Source: Pelagibacteraceae bacterium (GTDB lineage: Bacteria > Pseudomonadota > Alphaproteobacteria > Pelagibacterales > Pelagibacteraceae). From it: DNA of 60,711 bases. The notes beneath the pieces are model-generated. The model searched no databases and was not told where the DNA came from. It was given only the letters and a program-made list of their open reading frames with translations. The first letter of the stretch is position 1; each line of letters opens with the position of its first letter. The stretch covers positions 1-60,711 of the forward strand of contig VTPL01000001.1 of the NCBI GenBank assembly GCA_008638165.1, in the 5' to 3' direction. Of the stretch, positions 42,402-52,442 are shown piece by piece. The translations under genes were made by a program, and so were the position numbers.

Positions 42402-43235
42402 CTAATCCTTTCTCTTCTTTCTTCTTCTAACTATAAATTTATCTGTTCTCTTATTATTTCTAGTTTTTAAACCTTTAGCAGATTGACCAGTTGGAGAAAC
42501 AGGATGTCTACCACCCGCTGTCTTACCCTCACCACCTCCATGTGGGTGATCCACTGGGTTTTTAACTACACCTCTAGTGTGTGGTCTTCTACCTAACCAT
42601 CTTGATCTACCAGCTTTACCTATTTTAATATTTTTTTGGTCTGGATTACTTAAAACTCCAATTGTAGCAAAAGATCTAGAGTCAATTTTTCTAACTTCAC
42701 CTGATGCAAGTTTAATCAAACTATAATTACCATCTAATCCACTAATTGTAACAGATGTACCTGCTGATCTAGCAATTTTTCCACCACCACCTGGCTGAAT
42801 TTCTACATTGTGAATATTTATACCAACTGGTATGTCTTGTAGAGGCATACAATTCCCTACTTTAATTTCTTTCTTAGTTCCGTTTTCAACGGTATCTCCA
42901 ACATTAATCTTTTGTGGAGCAAGATAATATGCGTGTGTATTATCCTGGAATTTTACCAACATAATGTAACATGATCTATTTGGATCATATTCAATTCTTT
43001 CTACAGTCGCAGGCATATCGAACTTTTTTCTATAAAAGTCTACATGTCTGTACATTTTTTTATGACCACCTGCTCTATTAATAGATGTTATGTGGCCATT
43101 ATTATTTCTACCCTTCATAGCATTTTTTGGTGAAACCAAAGACTTGAAAGGTTTACCTTTCCATAAGCCAGTTCTGTCAACTAAGATCGTTCCCCTAGTA
43201 GATTTTGTATATGGTTTAAAAGTTTTTAATGCCAT
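42402..43235 (-). CDS. rplB: 50S ribosomal protein L2
   Basis: EYDPNRS; NPVDHPHGGGEG. Confidence 0.99.
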   Translation of the reverse strand: MALKTFKPYTKSTRGTILVDRTGLWKGKPFKSLVSPKNAMKGRNNNGHITSINRAGGHKKMYRHVDFYRKKFDMPATVERIEYDPNRSCYIMLVKFQDNTHAYYLAPQKINVGDTVENGTKKEIKVGNCMPLQDIPVGINIHNVEIQPGGGGKIARSAGTSVTISGLDGNYSLIKLASGEVRKIDSRSFATIGVLSNPDQKNIKIGKAGRSRWLGRRPHTRGVVKNPVDHPHGGGEGKTAGGRHPVSPTGQSAKGLKTRNNKRTDKFIVRRRKKRKD

Positions 43236-43239
43236 TAAT

Positions 43240-43533
43240 TTAAACTCCAGTAGTTAGGTCAATACTTTGACCTTTTTTTAAAGTGATAATTGCTTTTTTA
43301 AATCCAGAAACTTTAACTTTTTTACCTCTAGTTAATTTAGTTCTGTTTTGTTTATTAATAATATTTATTTTAGTTACATTTACTTTAAAAATTTTTTCAA
43401 TGTTTGTTTTTAAATTCTTTTTGTTAGCAGAAGCAGGAACCTTAAAAACAACTTTATTTTGTTCCGAAAGATTAGTTGTTTTCTCTGTAACAAGTGGAGA
43501 TAAAATTTTATCGTATAAATGAAGTTTATCCAT
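43240..43533 (-). CDS. rplW: 50S ribosomal protein L23
   Basis: P.VTEK; KKAIITL. Confidence 0.97.
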   Translation of the reverse strand: MDKLHLYDKILSPLVTEKTTNLSEQNKVVFKVPASANKKNLKTNIEKIFKVNVTKINIINKQNRTKLTRGKKVKVSGFKKAIITLKKGQSIDLTTGV

Positions 43534-44156
43534 TATGAGTATCTCTTTTCTAGCTCTTTTATTGAGCTTTCTGTGAAAACAACTTTTTTAAATTTTATAA
43601 TATCAAAACTGCTAAAATGATTTACATCCGTAACTTTTACATTTGGAATATTTCTTACTGATTTTTCTATTTTATCTTTAGAGTTTTTATCAAGAATAAT
43701 TAATGAATTCGTGATCTCAAATTTTTTAATTATTGAATGCATTTCTTTAGTTTTTTTAATTTCATTATTAAAATCGCTAAATACTAGTAAATTTTTATTT
43801 TTATTTTTTTCAGTGATTAACGAAGCAACACTCAATTTTTTTTCACTTTTATTTAATTTTCTTTTTTTGTAAGACAATTCACCTTTAGGACCATGAGCTA
43901 TACCACCACCGACAAATATAGGAGCTTTTCTACTGGCATGTCTTGCTCCACCGGTACCTTTTTGAGCATAAATTTTTGCTGTTGATCCCGAAACTTCGTT
44001 TTGTTGTTTTGTTTTTGCGTGTCTTCCTTTGTAATTAGCGTTTGTTTTATACAAAACACTACTAACTAATTTTTTATTTATCTTAGCAGAAAATATTTTA
44101 TCGAGTACTTCGATTGAGTCTTTTTTTCCGTCTAAATGTAATTTATCAAGTTTCAT
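43533..44156 (-). CDS. rplD: 50S ribosomal protein L4
   Basis: QKGTGGARH; GGG.AHGP. Confidence 0.97.
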   Translation of the reverse strand: MKLDKLHLDGKKDSIEVLDKIFSAKINKKLVSSVLYKTNANYKGRHAKTKQQNEVSGSTAKIYAQKGTGGARHASRKAPIFVGGGIAHGPKGELSYKKRKLNKSEKKLSVASLITEKNKNKNLLVFSDFNNEIKKTKEMHSIIKKFEITNSLIILDKNSKDKIEKSVRNIPNVKVTDVNHFSSFDIIKFKKVVFTESSIKELEKRYS

Positions 44157-44866
44157 TATTTTTTCTTCTTATCGGGTGTTTTCTTTGCTTCTTCTGCAAC
44201 ATTAATTTTTTCTTGCACTGTTAATTTTTTAATATTTTTAACTGATTTTTTAACTAGGACTTCTGAATTTTTTGCTCCAGGTATTGATCCTTTTAAATAT
44301 AATAATTCATTTTCCAAATCTGTTTTGATAATTTCAATATTTTGCATAGTTCTAAGTTTATCACCCATATGACCAGCCATTTTTTTTCCTTTAAACACTT
44401 TACCTGGATCTTGTCGTTGACCTGTAGAACCATGTGATCTATGTGAAACAGAAACACCATGAGTAGCTCTTAATCCTCCAAAGTTATGTCTTTTCATAGC
44501 TCCGGCAAAACCTTTTCCGATAGTTTTAGATCTAGTATCAACAAATTTAATATCTTTAAAAATTTCTAAACCAAATTCGTTTCCTTCTTTATAAGTTTCT
44601 GTGTTTTCAACTCTAAATTCCTTTAATAGTTTTTTTGCTTCAGTATTTTTTTTTGCAAAATAGCCCTTCATTGCCTTCGTAAGTTTCGAGTTTTTAATTT
44701 TTCCATAACCTAATTGAACTGCTTTATAACCTCTTTTATCTTCCTCAATGACTTGAATAACTCGAGCTTTTTCCATTTTTAAAACTGTAACTGGTACTAG
44801 TTGACCAGTTTTATAGAACTCTCTTGTCATACCAATTTTTTTTCCAATTAAAGCTATTTCGTTCAT
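44156..44866 (-). CDS. rplC: 50S ribosomal protein L3
   Basis: GKKIGMT; GKGFAG.MKR; GKKMAGHMG. Confidence 0.98.
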   Translation of the reverse strand: MNEIALIGKKIGMTREFYKTGQLVPVTVLKMEKARVIQVIEEDKRGYKAVQLGYGKIKNSKLTKAMKGYFAKKNTEAKKLLKEFRVENTETYKEGNEFGLEIFKDIKFVDTRSKTIGKGFAGAMKRHNFGGLRATHGVSVSHRSHGSTGQRQDPGKVFKGKKMAGHMGDKLRTMQNIEIIKTDLENELLYLKGSIPGAKNSEVLVKKSVKNIKKLTVQEKINVAEEAKKTPDKKKK

Positions 44867-44868
44867 AA

Positions 44869-45177
44869 CTAAATTTTTATCTCCACATCAACACCTGATG
44901 CTAAATCTAATTTCATTAAAGCTTCAACAGTTTGTGGTGTTGGTTCAACTATATCTATTAATCTCTTATGAGTTCTTGTCTCAAATTGCTCTCTACTTTT
45001 TTTATCAATATGCGGTGAACGTAAAACTGTATATCTTTCGATTTTAGTTGGTAAAGGAATTGGACCTTTTATGGTCGCACCAGTTCTTTTTACAGTATTC
45101 ACAATTTCTTCTGTAGAAGCATCTAAAATTTTATTGTCATATGCTCTTAGTTTAATTCTGATGTTCTGTTTTTCCAT
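44869..45177 (-). CDS. rpsJ: 30S ribosomal protein S10
   Basis: GPIPLPT; [14 protein letters not shown]. Confidence 0.99.
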   Translation of the reverse strand: MEKQNIRIKLRAYDNKILDASTEEIVNTVKRTGATIKGPIPLPTKIERYTVLRSPHIDKKSREQFETRTHKRLIDIVEPTPQTVEALMKLDLASGVDVEIKI

Positions 45178-45179
45178 AA

Positions 45180-47258
45180 TTAGCCTGCAATCTTTTTAGT
45201 TACTTCGTCTTGAACATTTTGAGGTACTTTTGAATAATGATCAAAGAACATTGAATATTGAGCTCTACCTTGAGACATTGATCTTAAATTATTTATATAA
45301 CCAAACATGTTAGCCAAAGGCACCATTGCTGTAATTACAGTTGCATTTCCTCTTTGCTCTTGAGTACTAATTTGGCCTCTTCTGCTGTTTAGATCTCCTA
45401 TAACATCTCCCATATAATCTTCAGGAGTAACAACTTCTACTCTCATTACTGGTTCTAATAATTTTAATCCACCTTTTGTACAAGCTTCTTTAAAGCACGA
45501 TCTGCTAGCTAGTTCAAAAGCCAGCACACTAGAGTCAACATCATGGTGTAAACCATCTAATATAGTGACTTTATAATCTATCAGCGGGAAACCAGCTAAA
45601 ATTCCACTGTCTGAAACAGTCTCTATTCCCTTTTCAACGCCAGGTATAAATTCCTTTGGAATTGAACCACCTTTAATTTTACTTTCAACAGCTCTACCTT
45701 TGCCTGGCTCTTGAGGTTCTACTAATAATTTAACTTTTGCAAACTGTCCTGCACCACCACTTTGTTTTTTGTGCGTGTATTCAACTTCTGAAGCATTCTC
45801 AATTGTTTCTCTATAAGCTACTTGTGGAGCACCAACATTTGCTTCAACTTTAAACTCTCTTTTCATTCGATCAACAATAATATCTAAATGTAACTCACCC
45901 ATACCTTTAATAATTGTCTGTCCAGACTCTTCGTCTGACGTTACTCTGAAAGATGGATCCTCTTTAGCTAATCTTCCTAAGGCTTCACCCATTTTTTCTT
46001 GGTCAGCTTTAGTTTTAGGCTCAACTGCAATTTCAATAACAGGCTCAGGAAATTCCATAGGCTCTAATAACACTGAATTATCTTTGTCACATAAAGTATG
46101 CCCAGTGATTGTATTCTTTAATCCAGCTAGGGCCACAATGTCACCAGCATTTGCTTCTTTAATATCTTCTCTAGAGTTTGCATGCATTAATAGCATTCTT
46201 CCAACTCTTTCTTCTTTTTCTTTTGATGAATTAAAAACTGCAGTTCCTGTTTTAATCGTACCAGAATATATTCTAATAAATGTAAGAGATCCTACAAATG
46301 GATCAGTTGCAACTTTGAATGCCAAAGCAGAAAATGGAGCGCTATCATCAAATTTCATTTCCACTTCTTCTTCGCCGCCTAATTTAGTTCCTTTAATAAA
46401 ACCAATATCAATAGGACTTGGCAAATAATTGATCACTGCATCTAGTAATGGCTGAACACCTTTGTTTTTAAAAGCAGATCCGGTTATAACAGGAACAAAA
46501 CTAAAATTTAATGTGCCTTTTCTGATACATTTAACTAAATCTTCCTCTTTTATTTCTTCCCCATTTAAATAATTTTCCATTAATTTTTCGTCTTGCTCAA
46601 CTGCCATTTCAACTAGTTCAGTTCTATATTTTTGAGAGACTTCTTTAAGGTCATCTGGAATTTCTTTGTATTCCCACTCGGCTCCTAAAGCTTCATCTTT
46701 CCAAACTTGAGCTTTCATTTTTACTAAATCTACTACACCCGTTAATGATGCTTCGATTCCAATAGGAACTTGTAAGACTAGAGGTTTTGCTCCAAGTCTA
46801 TCTCTAATCATATCTACGCATCTAAAAAAATCTGCACCAGTTCTGTCTAATTTATTAACAAAACAAATTCTTGGAACTTTATACTTATCTGCTTGTCTCC
46901 ATACAGTTTCAGATTGAGGCTCAACACCCGCAACACCATCAAAAACAGCTACAGCGCCATCCAACACTTTTAAAGATCTTTCAACTTCAATAGTAAAATC
47001 TACGTGGCCGGGTGTGTCGATAATATTAATTCTATGATCTTGCCAGAAACAAGTTGTGGCTGCTGAAGTAATTGTGATACCTCTTTCTTGTTCCTGCTCC
47101 ATCCAATCCATTGTTGCAGCGCCATCATGAACTTCACCAATCTTGTGGCTTTTACCCGTATAATATAAAATTCTTTCAGTCGTAGTAGTTTTACCAGCAT
47201 CAATGTGGGCCATGATACCAATGTTTCTATATCTATCTAATGTGTGTGTTCTTGCCAT
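45180..47258 (-). CDS. fusA: Elongation factor G
   Basis: [33 protein letters not shown]. Confidence 0.99.
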   Translation of the reverse strand: MARTHTLDRYRNIGIMAHIDAGKTTTTERILYYTGKSHKIGEVHDGAATMDWMEQEQERGITITSAATTCFWQDHRINIIDTPGHVDFTIEVERSLKVLDGAVAVFDGVAGVEPQSETVWRQADKYKVPRICFVNKLDRTGADFFRCVDMIRDRLGAKPLVLQVPIGIEASLTGVVDLVKMKAQVWKDEALGAEWEYKEIPDDLKEVSQKYRTELVEMAVEQDEKLMENYLNGEEIKEEDLVKCIRKGTLNFSFVPVITGSAFKNKGVQPLLDAVINYLPSPIDIGFIKGTKLGGEEEVEMKFDDSAPFSALAFKVATDPFVGSLTFIRIYSGTIKTGTAVFNSSKEKEERVGRMLLMHANSREDIKEANAGDIVALAGLKNTITGHTLCDKDNSVLLEPMEFPEPVIEIAVEPKTKADQEKMGEALGRLAKEDPSFRVTSDEESGQTIIKGMGELHLDIIVDRMKREFKVEANVGAPQVAYRETIENASEVEYTHKKQSGGAGQFAKVKLLVEPQEPGKGRAVESKIKGGSIPKEFIPGVEKGIETVSDSGILAGFPLIDYKVTILDGLHHDVDSSVLAFELASRSCFKEACTKGGLKLLEPVMRVEVVTPEDYMGDVIGDLNSRRGQISTQEQRGNATVITAMVPLANMFGYINNLRSMSQGRAQYSMFFDHYSKVPQNVQDEVTKKIAG

Positions 47259-47264
47259 ATTAAA

Positions 47265-47735
47265 TTACCATCTGAAGTGAGCAAACGCTTTGTTTGACTC
47301 AGCCATTTTATGGACATCCTCTCTTTTTTTAACTGCTGCACCTTTTTTTTCATAGGCATCATAAAGTTCATTGAAAATTTTATCAGACATATGTTTGTCT
47401 TTTCTTTTTCTAGCAGATTCTACTAGCCATCTTATTGCGAGAGCTTGAGCTCTTTTACTTTTAACCTCAACTGGAACTTGATATGTCGCTCCACCTACTC
47501 TTCTAGATCTTACTTCAACAGTCGGTTTAATATTATTTATTGCTTCATTAAAAATATTAATTGGCTCGTCTTTTGTTTTTGTTTTAATTTTTTCAATTGC
47601 TTCATAAACAATCTTTGCAGCAACGCCTCTTTTTCCATCGTACATTATATTATTAATTAATTTTGGAATTATAGTAGATTTAAATTTTGGATCAGGTGTA
47701 ACGTTTTTTTTAGGTTGAGTTTTTTTTCTAGACAT
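47265..47735 (-). CDS. rpsG: 30S ribosomal protein S7
   Basis: RRVGGATYQVP; AFAHFRW. Confidence 0.99.
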   Translation of the reverse strand: MSRKKTQPKKNVTPDPKFKSTIIPKLINNIMYDGKRGVAAKIVYEAIEKIKTKTKDEPINIFNEAINNIKPTVEVRSRRVGGATYQVPVEVKSKRAQALAIRWLVESARKRKDKHMSDKIFNELYDAYEKKGAAVKKREDVHKMAESNKAFAHFRW

Positions 47736-47738
47736 AAA

Positions 47739-48110
47739 TTACTTACCTTTTTTAGTTCCGTATAAAGATCTTCTTTTTTTTCTGTTAGCAACACCTTGAG
47801 TGTCAAGATTTCCTCTAAGAATATGATAACGCACCCCTGGTAAATCTTTAACACGACCACCTCGAATTAAAACTACTGAGTGTTCTTGTAAGTTATGTCC
47901 TTCACCAGGTATGTAAGCAGTAACTTCAAAACCATTTGATAACCTAACCCTTGCAACTTTTCTTAATGCTGAGTTTGGTTTCTTTGGTGTAGTAGTATAG
48001 ACTTTAACACAAACGCCTCTTTTAAGAGGTTGTTTTTGAAGAGCTGGAACTTTATTCCTTTTACTCTGTTTAACTCTTTTATTTTTTAACAATTGGTTAA
48101 TAGTCGGCAT
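47739..48110 (-). CDS. rpsL: 30S ribosomal protein S12
   Basis: MPTINQL; [10 protein letters not shown]; [10 protein letters not shown]. Confidence 0.99.
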   Translation of the reverse strand: MPTINQLLKNKRVKQSKRNKVPALQKQPLKRGVCVKVYTTTPKKPNSALRKVARVRLSNGFEVTAYIPGEGHNLQEHSVVLIRGGRVKDLPGVRYHILRGNLDTQGVANRKKRRSLYGTKKGK

Positions 48111-48134
48111 AATTTTTTTAAATTTATTAATAAT

Positions 48135-48215
48135 TGTTTTTGAGAGAAATAACTGACAGGTTATTTATGGCAGCGTTTAGTGTCTAAAGCTAACACTACA
48201 TTCCAACCAAAAACA
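48135..48215 (-). ncRNA. Structured cis-regulatory leader upstream of rpsL
   Basis: Perfect 8-bp closing stem 48208-48215/48135-48142 enclosing a 6-bp hairpin (48193-98/48178-83) and a 7-bp hairpin (48160-66/48147-53). Confidence 0.7.
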
Positions 48216-48220
48216 TCGCC

Positions 48221-48248
48221 AAAATACTTATTAATGGGACTTTGTCAA
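48221..48248 (-). promoter_or_regulatory. Putative promoter of rpsL-rpsG-fusA-S10
   Basis: Minus strand TTGACA(48248-43)-N16-TATTTT(48226-21); predicted +1 near 48215, the 5' edge of the leader stem. Confidence 0.6.
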
Positions 48249-48263
48249 ACTAAAACTAATAAT

Positions 48264-48289
48264 TTATTGATTAATTTTATTGATTAATT
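48264..48289. repeat. Perfect 13-bp tandem duplication TTATTGATTAATT x2 spanning the rpoC stop
   Basis: 48264-48276 is identical to 48277-48289. Confidence 0.8.
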
Positions 48290-51200
48290 GAGGTTTCTGC
48301 AGCTTCAATCTTATCTTGTTCAGACAAAAATTTATTATCATCTTCAAGAGCTTTTTTATTCCATTTGTTCTTAATATTACCCGTACCAGCTGGAACTAAC
48401 CTACCAACAATAACGTTTTCTTTAAGACCATTTAGAGGGTCAACTTTCCCTTTAATTGCAGCATCTGTTAATACTCTTGTAGTTTCTTGGAAAGAAGCAG
48501 CTGAAATGAATGACTCTGTTTGTAATGATGCTTTAGTAATACCCATTAAAACTCTCTCACCAACAGCTGGTGTTTTTCCTTCCGCTTTAAGTTTTTCATT
48601 GTTAGTGTCAAATTTTATTCTATCAACAATTTCACCTGGTAAATAAGTTGAATCTCCTGAAACTTTAACTTCAACTTTTTTCAACATTTGTCTTAAAATT
48701 GTTTCAATATGTTTGTCGTTGATGATTACACCTTGTAATCTATAAACTTCTTGTACCTGGTTAACGAAATATTCAGTTAAATCTTTAATTCCCATAATTC
48801 TTAAAATGTCATGAGGTAATGGTTGACCATCTAAAAGATATTCTCCTTTTTTAATTCTCTCGCCCTGATTAAAATTGATATGTTTGCCTTTTGGAATTAA
48901 ATAATTTGAAGCTTCAGAACCATCTTCTGGAACTATTGAAACTCTTTGTTTACCTCTAACTTCTTTGCCGAATACAACTTGACCATCATTTTCAGCAATA
49001 ATTGCACTGTCTTTAGCTTTTCTTGCTTCAAACAATTCAGCTACTCTAGGTAATCCTCCAGTAATATCTTTGGTTTTTGTAGTTTCTTTTGGAAGTCTTG
49101 CAATAACATCACCAGCTGAAACTTTTTGACCATCTTTAACAGATAGAATTGAGTCAGGTACTAAATAATATCTTGCTTCGTTATCATCTGCTTTTTTAAT
49201 AACATTTCCTTTTTCATCTCTTAAAGTAATTCTAGGTTTTAAATCAGTACTTTTTGATTGTGATCTCCAGTCAATTACAGATTTAGATGAAATTCCAGTT
49301 GCATCATCTGTAGTTTCTTGAATTGATACACCGTCAATTAAATCGACATAACTTGCTATACCACTTTTTTCTGCAATAACAGGTGTAGTGTATGGATCCC
49401 ATTCACAAATTTTAGTATTCGCTTTAACTTTATCACCATTTTTAAAAAATAATTTTGAACCATAAGCTACTTTATAAATTGCAACTTGAAGACCATTTTT
49501 ATCTTCAATTGATAACTGTGTATTTCTACCCATTACAATTAAATTTTTCTTAGAGTCTTCTAAAATATTTGAGTTAATAATTTTTAAAGTTCCCTCATTT
49601 TTTGTAACAATCTGAGATTCTTGTTTTACAGATGCAGTACCACCTACGTGGAAAGTTCTCATTGTTAATTGTGTTCCTGGTTCACCAATAGATTGGGCTG
49701 AAATCATACCTATTGCTTCACCAACGTGCACCATTTTTCCTCTAGATAAATCTCTACCATAACAAGTAGCACAAACACCTTCTTTTGAACTACAAGTCAT
49801 TACTGAAAATACTTTTAAAGCTTTTATACCTGCAGCATCAATTTGATCACATGCAGCCTCGTCAATCATCACTGATTTTTTAATAATAACTTCACCAGTA
49901 ATTGGATGTTTAACATCTCCAGCAGTTACTCTTCCAAGAGCACGTTCAGATAAACTTACTACTACATTTCCACCTTCTAAAATTTCAGAAAGTTCAATAA
50001 ATCCAGGTTTATCACATTTTACTTTGGTAATAGTCAAATCTTGAGCGACATCACAAAGTCTTCTTGTTAAATAACCTGAACTTGCAGTTTTTAATGCAGT
50101 ATCTGCTAGACCTTTTCTAGCTCCGTGTGTTGAATTGAAATATTCAAGTGCAGTTAAACCTTCTTTAAAATTTGAAATAATTGGACTTTCAATAATTTCA
50201 CCAGACGGTTTTGCAATTAAACCTCTCATCCCAGCTAATTGCTTCATCTGAGCAGCAGATCCCCTTGCACCACTGTCAGCCATCATAAATACTGAGTTTA
50301 TTTTAAGACCATCAGGTGTTTTTTCGGTAGCTGAAATTCCCTTCATCATCTCTCCAGCAACTCTATCAGTACATTTTGACCAAGCATCAACAACTTTGTT
50401 GTACTTTTCGCCTCTCGTGATTAAACCTTCTGAATATTGAGTTTCATAATCTGCAATTAATTTCTTAGTGTCTTCAATCAATTGAGTTTTGCTTTCTGGT
50501 ATAACCAAGTCATCTTTTCCAAATGAAATACCTGCTTTAAATGCATGTTTGAAACCTAAATCTTTTAGTTTGTCACAGAAAATTACTGTAGTTTTTTGTC
50601 CACAAAATCTAAATACACTATCAATGATTTCAGAGACTATCTTTTTAGGAAGTAATCTATCTACTAATGAAAATTTAATGTCTTTATTTTTTGGCAACAA
50701 ATTAGCAAGTAAAAATCTTCCAGCTGTAGATGTATATTTTTCAAATTTTTTATTTCCATTCTCATCTACTGTCTCAAATCGTGAAATAATAGTACTATGA
50801 ACTTTAATTTGACCAGATAATAAAGCAAATTCGATTTGATCTGCGTCTACAAAATAACCTGCCGGTTTATCTGTTAAAGGTTCTTGAGATAAATAATAAA
50901 TTCCTAAAATCATATCCTGACTTGGAACAATAATTGGCTTACCATTAGAAGGAGAAAGAATATTGTTTGTAGACAACATTAAAATTCTTGCCTCTAACTG
51001 TGCCTCTAAACTTAAAGGTACATGCACTGCCATTTGATCACCATCAAAATCAGCATTAAATGCTGCACAAGTTAATGGGTGTAATTCAATTGCATCACCT
51101 TCGATTAATTTTGGTTCAAATGCTTGAACGCCAAGTCTGTGTAAAGTTGGTGCTCTATTTAATAATACTGGGTGCTCTCTAACAATCAATTCTAGAGCAT

Positions 51201-52440
51201 CCCAAACAGCATTTGTCTCTTTTTCTACTAATTTTTTTGCCTGTTTAATAGTTGATGCTAATCCTAATTTATTTAATCTTGCATAAAGAAATGGTTTAAA
51301 TAACTCTAAAGCCATTTTTTTTGGAAGACCACATTCATGTAATTTTAGGTCTGGCCCAACAACAATTACTGATCTTCCAGAATAGTCTACACGTTTACCA
51401 AGTAGATTTTGTCTAAATCTTCCTTGTTTACCTTTTAACATTTCTGCTAAAGATTTTAATGGTCGTTTTCCTGTTCCAGTAATTACTCTTCCACGTCTAC
51501 CATTATCAAATAATGCATCAACAGACTCTTGAAGCATTCTTTTTTCATTTCTTACAATGATATCAGGAGCTTTAAGATCCATTAATCTTTTTAAACGATT
51601 ATTTCTATTAATTACTCTTCTGTACAAATCATTTAAATCAGATGTAGCAAATCTACCTCCATCTAATGGTACAAGTGGTCTTAGTTCCGGTGGTATAACA
51701 GGTACAACAGTTAAAATCATCCATTCTGGTTTTTGACCTGTCTCTATAAATGACTCTAATAACTTTAATCTTTTGATAGCTCTTTCTTCGTTAACTTTTG
51801 ATTTAGTTTCCTTGATATAACTAACTAAATTTTTTCTTTCTAATTCAAGATCTAAATTTTTTAACATTTCAAGAACTGCTTCAGCCCCAATACCAGCAGT
51901 AAATGCTTCTTCACCAAATTCATCTTGATATTTGGCTAACTCCTCTTCATTTAAAAGTTGGTTTTTTTGTAAACCTGTTAATCCGGGCTCAATTACAATA
52001 AAGTTTTCAAAATATAAAACTCTTTCAATTTCTTTTAATTTCATATCCACAGCCAGAGCAATTCTGCTTGGAAGTGATTTCAAAAACCAAATGTGTGCAA
52101 CTGGAGTTGCAAGATTAATGTGACCCATTCTTTCTCTTCTCACATTAGATTTCGTTACCTCTACACCACATTTTTCACAAATAATTCCTCTGAATTTCAT
52201 TCGTTTGTATTTTCCACACAAACATTCGTAATCTTTGATTGGACCGAAAATTCTTGCACAAAATAAACCATCTTTTTCAGGTCTAAATGTTCTATAGTTA
52301 ATTGTTTCGGGTTTTTTGATTTCTCCATATGTCCATGATTTTATTTTTTCAGGACTTGCTAGAGATATTTTTATACTATTAAAATTTTGAGCTTCTGAAA
52401 TTTCTGTATTTTTAAAAAGATCTGTTAATTCTTTTTTCAT
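48277..52440 (-). CDS. rpoC: RNA polymerase beta' subunit
   Basis: CLCGKY zinc site; NADFDGD; [16 protein letters not shown]. Confidence 0.99.
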   Translation of the reverse strand: MKKELTDLFKNTEISEAQNFNSIKISLASPEKIKSWTYGEIKKPETINYRTFRPEKDGLFCARIFGPIKDYECLCGKYKRMKFRGIICEKCGVEVTKSNVRRERMGHINLATPVAHIWFLKSLPSRIALAVDMKLKEIERVLYFENFIVIEPGLTGLQKNQLLNEEELAKYQDEFGEEAFTAGIGAEAVLEMLKNLDLELERKNLVSYIKETKSKVNEERAIKRLKLLESFIETGQKPEWMILTVVPVIPPELRPLVPLDGGRFATSDLNDLYRRVINRNNRLKRLMDLKAPDIIVRNEKRMLQESVDALFDNGRRGRVITGTGKRPLKSLAEMLKGKQGRFRQNLLGKRVDYSGRSVIVVGPDLKLHECGLPKKMALELFKPFLYARLNKLGLASTIKQAKKLVEKETNAVWDALELIVREHPVLLNRAPTLHRLGVQAFEPKLIEGDAIELHPLTCAAFNADFDGDQMAVHVPLSLEAQLEARILMLSTNNILSPSNGKPIIVPSQDMILGIYYLSQEPLTDKPAGYFVDADQIEFALLSGQIKVHSTIISRFETVDENGNKKFEKYTSTAGRFLLANLLPKNKDIKFSLVDRLLPKKIVSEIIDSVFRFCGQKTTVIFCDKLKDLGFKHAFKAGISFGKDDLVIPESKTQLIEDTKKLIADYETQYSEGLITRGEKYNKVVDAWSKCTDRVAGEMMKGISATEKTPDGLKINSVFMMADSGARGSAAQMKQLAGMRGLIAKPSGEIIESPIISNFKEGLTALEYFNSTHGARKGLADTALKTASSGYLTRRLCDVAQDLTITKVKCDKPGFIELSEILEGGNVVVSLSERALGRVTAGDVKHPITGEVIIKKSVMIDEAACDQIDAAGIKALKVFSVMTCSSKEGVCATCYGRDLSRGKMVHVGEAIGMISAQSIGEPGTQLTMRTFHVGGTASVKQESQIVTKNEGTLKIINSNILEDSKKNLIVMGRNTQLSIEDKNGLQVAIYKVAYGSKLFFKNGDKVKANTKICEWDPYTTPVIAEKSGIASYVDLIDGVSIQETTDDATGISSKSVIDWRSQSKSTDLKPRITLRDEKGNVIKKADDNEARYYLVPDSILSVKDGQKVSAGDVIARLPKETTKTKDITGGLPRVAELFEARKAKDSAIIAENDGQVVFGKEVRGKQRVSIVPEDGSEASNYLIPKGKHINFNQGERIKKGEYLLDGQPLPHDILRIMGIKDLTEYFVNQVQEVYRLQGVIINDKHIETILRQMLKKVEVKVSGDSTYLPGEIVDRIKFDTNNEKLKAEGKTPAVGERVLMGITKASLQTESFISAASFQETTRVLTDAAIKGKVDPLNGLKENVIVGRLVPAGTGNIKNKWNKKALEDDNKFLSEQDKIEAAETSINQ

Positions 52441-52442
52441 AT

